Assembly: GCA_963666055.2 (NCBI GenBank)
Contig: CAXWPH010000002.1
Coordinates: 256,001 to 320,000, forward strand
Direction of reading: 5' to 3'
Length of the DNA stretch: 64,000 bases
DNA from: Acidobacteriota bacterium
GTDB lineage: Bacteria; Acidobacteriota; UBA890; WLXD01
The translations under genes and the position numbers were made by a program. Numbering within the stretch: position 1 is the first letter of the stretch; each line of letters begins with the position of its first letter. Positions 39,195 through 50,028 of this stretch are shown here, piece after piece. The notes beneath the pieces were generated by a model. It saw nothing but the letters and a program-made list of their open reading frames with translations, ran no database searches and was not told where the DNA came from.

Positions 39195-40073
39195 CTAATG
39201 CTGTTGCTTGCCGGTCGGCGGCGCTTCCTCGCTGTAGCTCACCACCGTATCGATGATGCCGAGCTCGACGCGCCGGTTGCGGGCACGTGCCGCCTCGCTG
39301 ACGCCTTCGGCAAGAGGCTGCGTCTTGCCGAAGCCCTTGGTGGCGAGGATCTTCCTATCGAGGCCAGCTGCCGCCAGGTAATCGAAGACCGCTTGAGCGC
39401 GCTGTTCCGACAGCGTCTGGTTGTAGGCCAGCGTGCCGACATCGTCGGTGTGGCCAAAGACTTGAATGCGGTAGCCCGTAGAGGTCATCAACACGCCGAC
39501 GATGCGGCTGAGTAGTTCGCGGTCGGCCGGCTTGAGATCGGCCTTGTCGAACTCGAAGTTGATGGTGTCCGCGCCGAGGTTCATGACCAGGCCCAGTGCG
39601 GTGCGCTGCGTGTCGGCGATTTAACCGAGCGCATCTTGCAGACGCGACATCTCTGCATCGCGCCGAGCGCGAATACGGTCGGCTTCGGCGCGTGCTTGCC
39701 GTGCTGCACCCTCCGCCAGCTCGGCACGCTGGTGGGCGAAATCCGCTTCGCTTTCGGCGGCGAGCTGGGCATCTTCGGCGAAGACGCGTGCCTGCGCTTC
39801 ATCGTCAGCGCGCTCCTTGGACTCTCCTACGAGCACCCCGGCGGCGGCCGCGGCCGCCTCAGCTTCCCGGGCGCGAAGCGTCGCTTGGGTAGCCCGCTCG
39901 CGGGCCTCGCCAACATCGTCGCTGAGGGCGGCCATCCGACTCTCCACCTCCCGCATGCGCAGGAAGACAAACACCACGAGGGCCGCCAACAGCACAACGA
40001 GCAGACCGATTGTCCACAGACGCGGAGCCTTTGGTTCCTCTGGGTATTGGTCGTCGTAGGTCTTGTCCGTCAC
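39195..40073 (-). pseudogene. OmpA/MotB-family protein interrupted by in-frame TAA
   Basis: TM + coiled coil ...LQDALG*IADTQRTALGLVMNLG continues in frame into FEFDKADL, GHTDDVG..NQTLSEQRA, NRRVE; stop at 39621-39623; AGGAGG RBS. Confidence 0.85.
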
Positions 40074-40265
40074 GCGCCACCTCCTGTCAGCCGCGTCGCG
40101 CCGCATCCTGAGACCATAAATATACCGCCCACAGTCGTCACCAAGCACGGCGACGTCACGAGTCGCAGTCGACAGTGACCGAGAGAGGCCGCGGGTGGTG
40201 GGACGAGGCGGGGTAAGGTGCGAGGCTGGTACCATGGGAAATTCGTCTCCCCGCACGGAACTCTC

Positions 40266-40547
40266 ATGGTTCGACGAACGGTCGTGCTCTCCCCACCCAG
40301 CACGTTCTTTGGCCGCGTCGCCTGGTTGCTAGCTACTGTCGTGGTCGTGGCGCTGGGGTTCTTCCTGCTCACTGCCGGCTTCGTCCTGGCGCTGGGGCTC
40401 GCAGCGGCAACAGCGTTGCGCATCTGGTGGCGCGGGCGGCGCATGCGACAGTATTCCGAGATTCGCTCGGGAGATCTGCTCGAGGTCGAGTACACCGTCG
40501 AGCCCGACAACCCGGTGGTGTTGCGGCGCGGCTCGGGCCGGCGCTGA
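40266..40547 (+). CDS. Small hypothetical membrane protein
   Basis: Two hydrophobic helices, then RIWW and C-terminal LEVEYTV. Confidence 0.6.
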   Translation: MVRRTVVLSPPSTFFGRVAWLLATVVVVALGFFLLTAGFVLALGLAAATALRIWWRGRRMRQYSEIRSGDLLEVEYTVEPDNPVVLRRGSGRR

Positions 40548-40587
40548 GCGCCCTCGCCGATCGATTCGAGTCGCGGAAGTGATCTCG

Positions 40588-42540
40588 ATGCGGTGTGTTA
40601 CCACAGGAGCACGCTGGCTCGGCGTCATTGGCTTGCTGATCGGCGCGTTGCCCACGGCGGCGCAGGAGGGCGCGCTGCCGGCTGTCGTACAGGTCGAGGA
40701 CGCGGAGCCCCTAGCGGTGCGCGGCCCGGCCGATCCGGCGCATCTGGAAGCCTTCTTCGACGGCCTCATGGCGGCGCAACTCAAGGATCATCACATCGCC
40801 GGTGCCACCGTGGCCGTGGTGCGCGATGGCGCCGTGCTGCTGGCCAAAGGTTATGGGTTTGCCGACGTCGAGAAGCGCCGTCGGGTGAGCCCCGACACGA
40901 CGTTGTTTCGCATTGGCTCGATCTCCAAGACGTTCGTGTGGACGGCGATCATGCAGCTGGTGCAGCAGGGTCGGATCGATCTCGACACCGATGTCAACGA
41001 ATACCTCACTGATCTGGAGGTGCCGGCCACCTACGACGAGCCGGTGCGCCTGCGGCACCTGATGACCCACACCCCCGGATTCGAGGATCGGGTGATCGGG
41101 CTGTTCGCTCGCGACGAGGCCAGCCTGGCGCCCCTCGAGGTGATCCTCAGACGCGAGCTGCCGGACCGGGTTCGCCCTGCCGGTGACGTGTCCTCGTACT
41201 CCAATCACGGCACTGGTATCGCCGCGCTCATCGTCGAGGAGGTGTCGGGGCTGTCATGGAACGACTACGTCGAGCGGCACATCATCGAACCTCTGGGGAT
41301 GGCCCACACGACGTTCCGACAGCCGTTTCCAGCGGCGCTCGGTGCGGTGATGTCGATGGGCTACAGCTGGAACGGGGCCGACTTCGAGGAGGAGGACTTC
41401 GAGCTTGTCCCGCTGGCACCGGTGGGCGCCGCTGGCGCCACCGCCGCCGACATGGCGCGCTTCATGATTGCCCATCTGCAGCTCGGGATTCTCGACGATG
41501 TCCGCATTCTCGACCAGTCGACGGCGCTGCGGATGCAGGGGGAGCTGTTCCGACACGCCGATCGCATGCATGCGATGGCGCATGGCTTCTACGAGGTGGG
41601 AACGAACGGCGAGCACGCCCTCGGACACGGTGGTGACACGCACTGGTTCCACTCCGACATGGCGCTGCTTCCGGCGTACGGGGTCGGGCTGTTCGTGTCG
41701 TTCAACAGTGCTGGTGGAGCTGGCGTGGCCAGCGACGTGTACCAGGCGTTCATGAACGAGTACTTCCCGGTCGACGATGCGCCTGGGTTGACCGCGCCTG
41801 TCGACTTCGCCGTACGTGGTCGGCGCTTTGCCGGCCGCTACCGGATCAACCGTTACTCTCACAGCACGCTCGCCAAGCTGACCGCCTTGGGGGCAGCGAA
41901 GGTGAGCGTTACCGAGGATGGCGAGGCGCTGGTCACCAGCATCACCGGCGCGACGCGCTGGATCGAGGTGGCGCCGCTGACGTTCCGTGAGGAACACGGT
42001 CAGCGTCTCATTGCCTTCCGTCCGGATGACGATGGCGAGATCACCCACCTGTTCCTCGGATGGGTGCCGGTGGTGGCGCTCGAGCGCATCGGCCTGGCTG
42101 GCAACCCCATGCTGCACGCGGTGATCCTGGTGAGCTCACTGGTGCTCTTCATAGGCGCTGCTTTGCTCTGGCCCGTCGCCGCCGCGCTGCGCAAGAAACA
42201 CCGATACATGCTGCCGCCCCATCGCCGCATTCCCCTGCTGACGAAAAGCACCGGCTGGCTCGGCAGCATGCTGTTTCTGACGTTTGCCGCCATGCTCGCG
42301 GTGCTGTTGAGCGATCCGAACCAGATCGTCTTCGGCGACGCCCCGCTGCTGCCGGTGGCGTTGACCCTGCCTCTACTGGCGATCCCGGTAGTGGCTGCGG
42401 CGATTTACTTCTGTGCCAAGTTGTGGCGCCGGCGAGGAGGCAGCTTCACGGCACGCCTGGTGTACACGTTGCTGACCATCGCCTTCGCTGCCACACTGTG
42501 GCAGTTCTGGTACTGGAACCTGCTCGGCTACCGGTACTGA
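40588..42540 (+). CDS. Serine hydrolase (beta-lactamase class C-like) with C-terminal TM helices
   Basis: FRIGSISK (SxxK), LMTHTPG, YSN, GHGGD; four C-terminal hydrophobic helices. Confidence 0.92.
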   Translation: MRCVTTGARWLGVIGLLIGALPTAAQEGALPAVVQVEDAEPLAVRGPADPAHLEAFFDGLMAAQLKDHHIAGATVAVVRDGAVLLAKGYGFADVEKRRRVSPDTTLFRIGSISKTFVWTAIMQLVQQGRIDLDTDVNEYLTDLEVPATYDEPVRLRHLMTHTPGFEDRVIGLFARDEASLAPLEVILRRELPDRVRPAGDVSSYSNHGTGIAALIVEEVSGLSWNDYVERHIIEPLGMAHTTFRQPFPAALGAVMSMGYSWNGADFEEEDFELVPLAPVGAAGATAADMARFMIAHLQLGILDDVRILDQSTALRMQGELFRHADRMHAMAHGFYEVGTNGEHALGHGGDTHWFHSDMALLPAYGVGLFVSFNSAGGAGVASDVYQAFMNEYFPVDDAPGLTAPVDFAVRGRRFAGRYRINRYSHSTLAKLTALGAAKVSVTEDGEALVTSITGATRWIEVAPLTFREEHGQRLIAFRPDDDGEITHLFLGWVPVVALERIGLAGNPMLHAVILVSSLVLFIGAALLWPVAAALRKKHRYMLPPHRRIPLLTKSTGWLGSMLFLTFAAMLAVLLSDPNQIVFGDAPLLPVALTLPLLAIPVVAAAIYFCAKLWRRRGGSFTARLVYTLLTIAFAATLWQFWYWNLLGYRY

Positions 42541-44624
42541 GCGCGCTCGATAAGCACCGTATCGATCAGTGTACCCTCGAGGATTGCCTCGACCGCGTCC
42601 ATACCCTCGATCACCTCAGCGAAGATCGTGTAGTTGAAGTCGAGGCGCACGTTATCGATCAGGTTGACGAAGATCTGCGCGTCGCCGGTATCGCGGCCCC
42701 GCGTCGAGATGCCGACGGTGCCGCGCCGATGCGAACGGTCGGTGATCTCGTCGCGCGTGTAGGGGCCGTCGCCGGCGAACTCGTTGGCGCCCGGGCTCCC
42801 CCCCTGGATAACGAAGTTGGGCACCACACGGTGAAACGTCAGCCCGTCGAAGTAGCCCTCGCGGGCCAGCCGCACGAAGCGCGCTGCGTTGGAGGGTGCG
42901 TCGAACGGGTACAGACGCAGCGCGAACTCGTCGCCGCTCTGCATGCGTACCACAGCGCGGATCTCCTCGATGTCCTCGATCTCCGCGGCGCTTGGGAAAG
43001 GGGAGGGTGGCAGCGGCTGCGGGTCGGGCGATGGCCGCCTGCCGGTCCACTGCTCGAGCACATCGGCGGCGGTGTTGGCGATGACGGGATCGAAGTCTCG
43101 CAGGTAGGCGCCGACCGCCTCGGCCTGGTCCGCAGAGCCCAGGCTGCCGATCGCCTCCAGCAGTGCACGGCGCGGATCGCGCGAGGTCTCGCGCTCGAGC
43201 GCGGTTACCCGCTGGAGCGCTGCCAGCAGCTGTTCGACTGCCTGCTCCCCGACTGCCTGCTCCCCGCCTGTTAGTGCCGCGGCCGCGGCCATCAGTAGCT
43301 GCCCGTCGTCGCTGGCGAGAGCGTTGAGGTAGAGCTCGTCGCCGCCGTGCCCCGCAGCCGCGCTGAGCCCTGGAATGGCGATCGACGCGACGTTCGCCTG
43401 CTCGTCGGCCGCCAGCAGGCGGAGCAGGTCGACCCACCCGGAAGCTGTGGCAGCATGGGCGGCGTACATTCGCATCTGCCACGTCGGGTGATGGCCGGCG
43501 GATTCAGCGTGCGGGCGGGCGAGCGCCGTGTTCATGGTTGCCAACGCCACGAGCGCGTGGGCGGGCTCATGCCAGTCGGCCTCGTTCGCCGCCTCGATGT
43601 TGCTGGCTATCCGCTCCAGGGTCGCGATGGCGCCGTCACAACCGGCGAGCGCGTCAATCGTCAGCAGCCGAACGGCGGCAACCGCGTCCCGCAGTCCGGC
43701 GAGCAGTCGCGAACAGGCGCCTCGCTCAGGCACTCTACGGCTCAGGGTTCGCAGCAGCTCGTAGCGGACGCGCCCCTCGGAATCCTGCAACGCGCGGGCG
43801 ACCAGCAACGACCCGTAGTCTCGCGTCGACCCGATGACCCCGGCTGCCAGACGGCGGACGCCGACGTGCGGGTCGCGTTGCAGCGCCAACAGCAACTCGT
43901 CGGTGAGCTCGGCACGAGCGTTGACCATCGCCGAAACCGCGAGGAATCGCACCTGCGCACGCCACGGGTCGTTGGCGTCGTCCCGTCCGAGGGCCGCGAG
44001 CTCGACCCACAGATCGAAGGTCTCGGGTGGCGCGGTCAGGTCGGGGCGCAGCCGGAACAATGCCTCCAGGCCTCGTGCGATCCCGAGCAGTTGGGCGATC
44101 CGTTCGCCCGCCTCCGGTCGCACCAGGTCGGAGGTTGCGAGCAACGCAAGCCCCTCTTGGGCAGAGCCGAGCAGCGCTGCCTCGGCTTGGCGCGCGGCTT
44201 CGTTGTCGGCGTAGCGCAGCCGGCCTATCGATGTTGCCGCGGCGCCGGCGACAGACGCGTCCGGGTCGGTCGTCATGGAGACCCGCAACGGTTCAAACCC
44301 TGCGCCTCCCGGGCCGCGGCTCAGCGCCTGGGCCACGGCGATCGTAGCGGCAGCGCGCACCGAGGCGTCCGCATCTTCCAGCAGCGGCAGAATGTCTGGC
44401 AGCAGGTCGGCGCGCTCGAGACGGCCGAGGGCGCGGACCGCGGCGCGACGCAACGAGCTTCCCTCCGCCTTGGGTCCGTCGCGGAGGGTGAGAATATCGG
44501 CCTCGGTGGAGCCGCGCCGGTCCTCCGCCTGCATCAGCTGATTGAGCGGCGAGTCCAACGGATCCTGGTGACAGAGAACGCCCTCAGCCGCGAGTGCCAG
44601 CGCCAGCAGTAACCGCATACGCAT
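42528..44624 (-). CDS. HEAT-repeat protein fused to cyclophilin-type PPIase
   Basis: HEAT: RRAAVRALGRL, DASVRAAA; cyclophilin: FDGLTFHRVVPNFVIQGG, RDTGDAQIFVN, YTIFAEVIEGMD. Confidence 0.9.
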   Translation of the reverse strand: MRMRLLLALALAAEGVLCHQDPLDSPLNQLMQAEDRRGSTEADILTLRDGPKAEGSSLRRAAVRALGRLERADLLPDILPLLEDADASVRAAATIAVAQALSRGPGGAGFEPLRVSMTTDPDASVAGAAATSIGRLRYADNEAARQAEAALLGSAQEGLALLATSDLVRPEAGERIAQLLGIARGLEALFRLRPDLTAPPETFDLWVELAALGRDDANDPWRAQVRFLAVSAMVNARAELTDELLLALQRDPHVGVRRLAAGVIGSTRDYGSLLVARALQDSEGRVRYELLRTLSRRVPERGACSRLLAGLRDAVAAVRLLTIDALAGCDGAIATLERIASNIEAANEADWHEPAHALVALATMNTALARPHAESAGHHPTWQMRMYAAHAATASGWVDLLRLLAADEQANVASIAIPGLSAAAGHGGDELYLNALASDDGQLLMAAAAALTGGEQAVGEQAVEQLLAALQRVTALERETSRDPRRALLEAIGSLGSADQAEAVGAYLRDFDPVIANTAADVLEQWTGRRPSPDPQPLPPSPFPSAAEIEDIEEIRAVVRMQSGDEFALRLYPFDAPSNAARFVRLAREGYFDGLTFHRVVPNFVIQGGSPGANEFAGDGPYTRDEITDRSHRRGTVGISTRGRDTGDAQIFVNLIDNVRLDFNYTIFAEVIEGMDAVEAILEGTLIDTVLIERAQYR

Positions 44625-44686
44625 GCCGGCGATTATGTGGGCCAGCGGTTCACCTGACCACCCGATTCTCGGCGCTAACCCGACAA

Positions 44687-45322
44687 CTACCCGAGCGCCG
44701 CGACAATCTCTCGCACCGCCGCATCGGGATCGTCGGCGCCGAACACCGCGCTGACGACAGCGACGCCCACCGCGCCGGCCTGCAGGCACTCGGCGACCTG
44801 GGCAGCGTCGATCCCACCGAGCGCGAGCACAGGAAGGTCAACCGCTTCGGTCAGCTCGCGCAAGGTTTCGAGCCCGCGTCCGCATCCGGGCTTGGAGCCC
44901 GGATCGAATACCGGCGCGAACACCCCGAACTCTGCGCCCGCCACCGCCGCATGCTGCGCTGCGTCGGCCGAATGCACCGACACGGCGCGCCGAAATCCCA
45001 CCGGCACCGGTTGCGGTCGAGCCGGAATGGCGCTCTCAGGCCAGTGGATTCCTCGTGCCCGAGCGCTGGCGGCGTCGATGCCGGTGCCGTTGACGAACAC
45101 GGGTACCACACAGTTGGCGAGTCGATCCAGGGCGGCCTCGAGGACGACTTTGCGCCTAGCCTCGCTGAGTTGCTTGGCGCGCAGCTGCAGGGCAGCCGGG
45201 AATCGATCGGGCAACGCCCCAACGGCCACGTCGATGAGATCCAGCCAGCGCTCGGTACCGCCGCAGTACTCGTGGTCGGCGATCAGGTACAGGCGCGGCG
45301 GTTCGCGCCCGCCTATCGCCAA
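44687..45322 (-). CDS. thiE: Thiamine phosphate synthase family (ThiE/TenI)
   Basis: [50 protein letters not shown]; may be TenI. Confidence 0.8.
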   Translation of the reverse strand: MAIGGREPPRLYLIADHEYCGGTERWLDLIDVAVGALPDRFPAALQLRAKQLSEARRKVVLEAALDRLANCVVPVFVNGTGIDAASARARGIHWPESAIPARPQPVPVGFRRAVSVHSADAAQHAAVAGAEFGVFAPVFDPGSKPGCGRGLETLRELTEAVDLPVLALGGIDAAQVAECLQAGAVGVAVVSAVFGADDPDAAVREIVAALG

Positions 45323-46089
45323 GGGGTACCTTTGGCCGGTGTCGATGCTTCGGCATGGTACTTTCGCGGCATCCGACGGGCGCGAAACGCGGCGGCGCCA
45401 GCGGCGGCCGCGGCGCGCATTGCTTGGGCCATCATCACCGGGTCGCCGGCGCGGGCGACGGCGGAGTTCAGCAACACACCGTCGCAGCCGAGCTCGAGAA
45501 CGATCGTTACGTCCGAGGCGGTACCCAGGCCGGCATCGACGATTACCGGCACGCTGGCACGTTCCTTGATCAAGCTCAGGTTGTGCGGGTTGCGGACACC
45601 CAGGCCGGAGCCGATCGGCGCCGCCAGCGGCATGATCGCGGCGCATCCGATGTCCTCCAGGCGTCGTGCAAGCACCGGGTCGTCGTTCGTGTAGGGCAGC
45701 ACCACGAAGCCGTCCCGCACCAGCTCCTCAGCCGCCTGCAACAACCCCGCGGCGTCCGGAAGCAGGGTCTGGTCATCGGCGATGACCTCGAGCTTCACGA
45801 GCTCGGTGCCGATCGCTTCCCGACCAAGTTGGGCCGTCAGCACAGCGTCCTCGGCAGTGTAACAACCGGCCGTGTTCGGCAAGATATGAACGCCGGCGCG
45901 GTGCAGCAGCTCATACAACGATTCGCCCTTCGCCCCAGGACTGACCCGGCGCAGCGCCACCGTGACCATCTCGGTGCCCGAGGCGGCGACGCAGTCGAGC
46001 ATTACCTGTGTGCTCGGGTACATCGCCGATCCGAGCAGCACGCGCGAGTGTAGCTCCAGCTCGCCGATTTGCAGCGTCTCGTCGCTCAC
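45313..46089 (-). CDS. thiG: Thiazole synthase
   Basis: [47 protein letters not shown]. Confidence 0.96.
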   Translation of the reverse strand: MSDETLQIGELELHSRVLLGSAMYPSTQVMLDCVAASGTEMVTVALRRVSPGAKGESLYELLHRAGVHILPNTAGCYTAEDAVLTAQLGREAIGTELVKLEVIADDQTLLPDAAGLLQAAEELVRDGFVVLPYTNDDPVLARRLEDIGCAAIMPLAAPIGSGLGVRNPHNLSLIKERASVPVIVDAGLGTASDVTIVLELGCDGVLLNSAVARAGDPVMMAQAMRAAAAAGAAAFRARRMPRKYHAEASTPAKGTPWR

Positions 46090-46090
46090 C

Positions 46091-46291
46091 TCAGCCTCCG
46101 TGGAAAGGGGCGACAATCTCGATGTCGTCGCCTTCCTGCACCTGCACGGCGCTCCATTCCTTCCGAGGGATCATGGCGCGGTTGAGCGCCACTGCGACGG
46201 CCTTGGCGTCGGCGGCGACCTCGTTGACCAGCGCGCCGATGCTCATTCCTGGGCTCAACTCCCTCTCGGCTCCGTTAACTCTGGCGCGCAA
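46091..46291 (-). CDS. thiS: Sulfur carrier protein
   Basis: 66 aa, VNG, VAVALN, GDDIEIV, C-terminal GG. Confidence 0.93.
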   Translation of the reverse strand: MRARVNGAERELSPGMSIGALVNEVAADAKAVAVALNRAMIPRKEWSAVQVQEGDDIEIVAPFHGG

Positions 46292-47429
46292 CCGTATCCT
46301 CCTCGAATCCCGAAGGCGCGAAACGTCCAGGCTCCAGGCCCTTCAGCAGCTCGGGGTCGTCGCCGTCCATCAGGTCGGCCAGCAGCGCGGCGGTTGCTGG
46401 GGCCAGCAGAATGCCGTTGCGGTAGTGGCCGGTAGCCACGTACATGCCGTCCTGCTCGGTAGCGCCGATTGCCGGCAGGTGGTCGCGCAGCGCGGGGCGA
46501 AACCCCACGCATACCTCGTCCAACTCGAGCTCGTAGATTCCCGGCAAAGCGCGCCAAGCATTGTAGAGCAGATCCATTATCGGACCCGCTGTCGGGCGGG
46601 CATCGAATCCCTGCTCCTCGCTGCTGGCACCGATCACCAGCTCGCCGGAGGCGCGCGGCAAGATGTACACGTCGGGGGTGCGGATGACTCGATGTAGCAG
46701 CCGCTCGCCTCGCAGTCGGAGCACCTGGCCCTTCACTGGACGCAGCGGCAGCTTATCGCAGGCCTCGGCGGCGTCGCGTGTCCAGGCGCCGGCGGCTACG
46801 ATGACGCGATCGGCAATGATCTCCATCCGGTCGCCGGGAACCTCGACAACGGCTCTCCAGCGCCCGTTCAGCTCCAGGTCGAGCACCTTCGCCGGCCAAA
46901 CGAGCGTGCCACCGCGGGCCTCGATCGCCGCGGCTACGGCGCGCGCCAGGGCACGCGGGTCGACCTGCACGTCTTCATCGGCGGCGAACCCCCCCACGAC
47001 GCTCGGGCTTAACCTTGGCTCGCGACGCCTGATTTCTTCGGCGTCGAGCTGCTCGCAATGCAATCCCAGTCGCCCGTGCTCGGCGGCGCCGTGGCACAGC
47101 TGTTCGAGATGATCCTGATCCATTGCCACGAGCAGCGTCCCGGTGGTGTCGTAGCCGCACTGCAGGCCCGAATCCGATTCCACAGCGCCGACGAACTCGG
47201 CGTAGCGTTTCAGGCTGTCGATAGCGAGTCGAACCATTGCCGGCTGCGTCGGTTCTGCCTCGGCGGCACCCGCAAGCATGCCCGCGGCAACGTGGGTGGC
47301 TCCTGCACCGAGGCGGACGTGCTCAACAACGGCCACGCTGCGCCCACGGCGGACGTTCTCGTAGGCGCTGGCGAGCCCGATGATGCCGCCGCCGATCACC
47401 AGAATGTCAACAGTCTGCCCGGATTCCAT
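46275..47429 (-). CDS. thiO: Glycine oxidase
   Basis: VIGGGIIGL, AAGML, PVKGQ, VYILPR, GFRP, ATGHYRNGILLAP; in thiOSG operon. Confidence 0.93.
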   Translation of the reverse strand: MESGQTVDILVIGGGIIGLASAYENVRRGRSVAVVEHVRLGAGATHVAAGMLAGAAEAEPTQPAMVRLAIDSLKRYAEFVGAVESDSGLQCGYDTTGTLLVAMDQDHLEQLCHGAAEHGRLGLHCEQLDAEEIRRREPRLSPSVVGGFAADEDVQVDPRALARAVAAAIEARGGTLVWPAKVLDLELNGRWRAVVEVPGDRMEIIADRVIVAAGAWTRDAAEACDKLPLRPVKGQVLRLRGERLLHRVIRTPDVYILPRASGELVIGASSEEQGFDARPTAGPIMDLLYNAWRALPGIYELELDEVCVGFRPALRDHLPAIGATEQDGMYVATGHYRNGILLAPATAALLADLMDGDDPELLKGLEPGRFAPSGFEEDTVARQS

Positions 47430-47502
47430 CGTTACCTTCGCGTCGCAACCAGACCTGTCAACGTTCCACCTCCGGTTGCCTGCGCAGCATACCTCCAGCC
47501 CA

Positions 47503-48660
47503 CTATTGGGGCGGCTGAAGCCTCGCCTGTGCTTGCTGCTGCTCGCCGTCACGGATGAAGCGCACGGCGACCACCTCCCCCGTCTGCCGTTGCTCCAGGG
47601 CCTGCAGCACGTCGCCCCAGCTGGAAATTTGGTCGCCGTCGATAGCCGTGATGATGTCACCCAGCACGATGCGGCCGTTGCGCGCCCGGCTGGTGCCCCG
47701 CAGCCCTGCCAGATCGGCGGCGCCACCTTCGGCGATGCTGCGCACTACCACGCCGTCGACGCCGAGTCGTCGCGTGTTGATCGTCAGGGGCTCGATGCCG
47801 AGGCTGGGCCGCTGCAGCTGTCCGAACCCGATGAGATCGTCGACCACCCAGCGAACCGTGTCGGCGGGAATGGCGAAGCCGACGCCAGCGTAGGCGCCCG
47901 AGGGACTGACGATCGAGGTGTTCACGCCGATGCGCCGCCCAGCGCTGTCGAGCAGCGGTCCACCGGAGTTGCCCGGGTTGATTGCCGCGTCGGTTTGAAT
48001 GACGTTGCGGATCTCGGCTCCGGTCACCTGCGAGTTGATCTCTCGACCGAGGGCGCTAATCACACCGGTGGTGAGGGTGGAATCGAGGCCGAACGGATTG
48101 CCGATGGCGTACACGCTCTGACCCACCCTGAGGTCGTCTGAGGTGCCCAACGTGATGGGTTGCAGCTGCCCGGCAGACGCCTCAATGTGCAGTACGGCGA
48201 GGTCCTTCTCGGCGGCGTAGCCGACCAGCCGCGCATCCCACTGGGACTGATCGGTCAGGGTAACGCGAGCCGTGGTGGCTCCTAGGATCACGTGCCAGTT
48301 GGTGACGATGTGGCCGCGTTGATCCCAGACGAACCCCGACCCCGTTCCCGACTCGATTCGTGTGACATCGAGCGTCCAGAGGTTGCGCCGATCGGTGAGC
48401 GACGTGATGTAGACGACCGACGGCGAGGAGCTCTCGAAAAGGTCGATGGTCGATCGCTCTGACGAGTCCAGATCGCCGCGCGGCGTCACGCTCTGAGTGA
48501 CCTCCGTCGGCTGTGCCACCGGTCGGACCGCCGGCTGAGACTCCGGTTGGGCGGTGTCTGCCGTCCAGCCGAGGCCGAGGAAGAATCCCGCCCCGAGCAC
48601 CAGTCCGAGCAGCAAAGGATAAAGGAAGAGCTGCCGCGGCCCGGCCATGTGGTCTCCCAT
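47503..48660 (-). CDS. HtrA/DegP-family S1C serine protease with PDZ
   Basis: TNWHVI, DLAVL, AIGNPFGL, QTDAAINPGNSGGPL, one PDZ. Confidence 0.94.
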   Translation of the reverse strand: MGDHMAGPRQLFLYPLLLGLVLGAGFFLGLGWTADTAQPESQPAVRPVAQPTEVTQSVTPRGDLDSSERSTIDLFESSSPSVVYITSLTDRRNLWTLDVTRIESGTGSGFVWDQRGHIVTNWHVILGATTARVTLTDQSQWDARLVGYAAEKDLAVLHIEASAGQLQPITLGTSDDLRVGQSVYAIGNPFGLDSTLTTGVISALGREINSQVTGAEIRNVIQTDAAINPGNSGGPLLDSAGRRIGVNTSIVSPSGAYAGVGFAIPADTVRWVVDDLIGFGQLQRPSLGIEPLTINTRRLGVDGVVVRSIAEGGAADLAGLRGTSRARNGRIVLGDIITAIDGDQISSWGDVLQALEQRQTGEVVAVRFIRDGEQQQAQARLQPPQ

Positions 48661-48742
48661 CAGCGATCTCTCCAGCTCGCGTCGTCCATCTCGGTTAGCG
48701 TAGACGCGTGTCTCTACAGGAGACTACTCCCCACACGGGACT

Positions 48743-48768
48743 CTAGTGTCCTGTAGTTAGGACACTAG
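48743..48768. repeat. CTAG-bounded hairpin (possible collapsed element)
   Basis: CTAGTGTCCT-gtagtt-AGGACACTAG in a divergent intergenic region. Confidence 0.6.
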
Positions 48769-48809
48769 TTAAGCAGACCGGGAAGCGAGCTTCCCGTACG
48801 AGGGCTGGC

Positions 48810-50009
48810 TTGGAAACAATCTCCATTCCCGCGGCGCGGCGGCTGGCGGTGGCGCGAGCCGGATTGCTGCGCCCCGAGCGTACCGGTTTGCCCACTCGTG
48901 CAGCCGGCCGAGGGCGCCGAGCACGCGCTGCGGCCGGGTCGATCGTCCGGCGCTTCGGCTACCTACAACTCGACACCGTCTGTGTGACCGGAGCGCGTAG
49001 CCATTCGCTGGTGCTGATGTCGCGGCTCGACGGTGCCTCGACGGCGCTGGGCGAGTCGCTGCTGGCGCCGGGCGAACCGCTCTTCGAGTACTGGGGCCAC
49101 GAGGCCAGTTGGATCCCCATCGAGCTGTATCGGTTCTTCGAGTTTCGCCGCCGCCACTACACCGTCCACCCTTGGTGGGGCGATCTCCTCGGTGAGCATC
49201 CGCGCGTTGCCGACGCCATCCTCGACCAGCTCGGTGACCTGGGCCCGCAGCGCGGCAGCGACTTCGAGCAGGTATCGAGCCGCGGTGGCTGGTGGCAGCT
49301 CAGCATTGCCAAGAAGGTGCTCTCGGCGCTGTGGTCACGCGGCGATGTGGCGGTCAGCCGCCGGGTGGGCTTCCAGCGCGAGTACGACCTCGCCGAGCGG
49401 ACGATCCCGGAAGCGGCACGCGCTCACCCGGCGCCGCTCGCGGAGTCGATCGAGACGCTGCTGCTGCGCGCCCTGGCAGGCCATGGATGGGCCACCACCG
49501 GCACGCTGGCGGACACTTGGCGGCTGCCGAAGATGGGCGCCGAGATCGCCGCCGCCCTGGAGCGCCTGTGCGAGCGCCGGGCGGTGGTGGCGTGTCGTCT
49601 CGAGGCCCCAGGCACCCGCAGAGCCGGCTGGATCCGACCGGTCGATCTGGAAGCCGCCGAGACGTTGCAATCGAGTCGCCCGCGCCGCGATCGCGGCCTG
49701 TTGCTGTCGCCGTTCGACCCACTGCTGTGGGACCGGGCACGCACCGAGCTGCTGTTCGGCTTCCGGCAGCTGCTCGAGATCTACAAGCCGGCGCCGCAGC
49801 GCGAGTTCGGCTACTATTGTCTGCCGGTGCTCGCCGGCGATCGGTTGATCGGCCGCATCGATCTCAAGGCCAACCGCCGCGCCGGGCGCCTCAACGTGCT
49901 GGCGGAGCACTACGAGCGTGATCCCGTCGTGACGCGCGACCGGAAGGCCGCTGAAGAGGCTCTGCAGCGACTGGCGAGAGCGCTGCAACTGGAGCCGTGG
50001 CGCCACTAG
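48810..50009 (+). CDS. ycaQ: YcaQ/AlkZ-like crosslink repair DNA glycosylase (HTH_42)
   Basis: LQLDTV..ARSH, LFEYWGHEASW, LLSPFDPLLWDR, EIYKP..REFGYYCLPVL. Confidence 0.88.
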   Translation: METISIPAARRLAVARAGLLRPERTGLPTRAAGRGRRARAAAGSIVRRFGYLQLDTVCVTGARSHSLVLMSRLDGASTALGESLLAPGEPLFEYWGHEASWIPIELYRFFEFRRRHYTVHPWWGDLLGEHPRVADAILDQLGDLGPQRGSDFEQVSSRGGWWQLSIAKKVLSALWSRGDVAVSRRVGFQREYDLAERTIPEAARAHPAPLAESIETLLLRALAGHGWATTGTLADTWRLPKMGAEIAAALERLCERRAVVACRLEAPGTRRAGWIRPVDLEAAETLQSSRPRRDRGLLLSPFDPLLWDRARTELLFGFRQLLEIYKPAPQREFGYYCLPVLAGDRLIGRIDLKANRRAGRLNVLAEHYERDPVVTRDRKAAEEALQRLARALQLEPWRH

Positions 50010-50028
50010 CATCTGTTACAGGCCACTA

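Noticed and set aside
39621-39623. Sec/Pyl recoding of the OmpA stop
   Set aside because: The codon is TAA, and other genes in the window end in TAA normally
43235-43264. 15-bp tandem duplication (GEQAV x2) in the HEAT-PPIase
   Set aside because: In-frame, local and with no evident consequence
47430-47502. TPP riboswitch upstream of thiO
   Set aside because: Only about 70 bp and no CTGAGA/ACCTGA core visible; TTGACA is present but has no convincing -10
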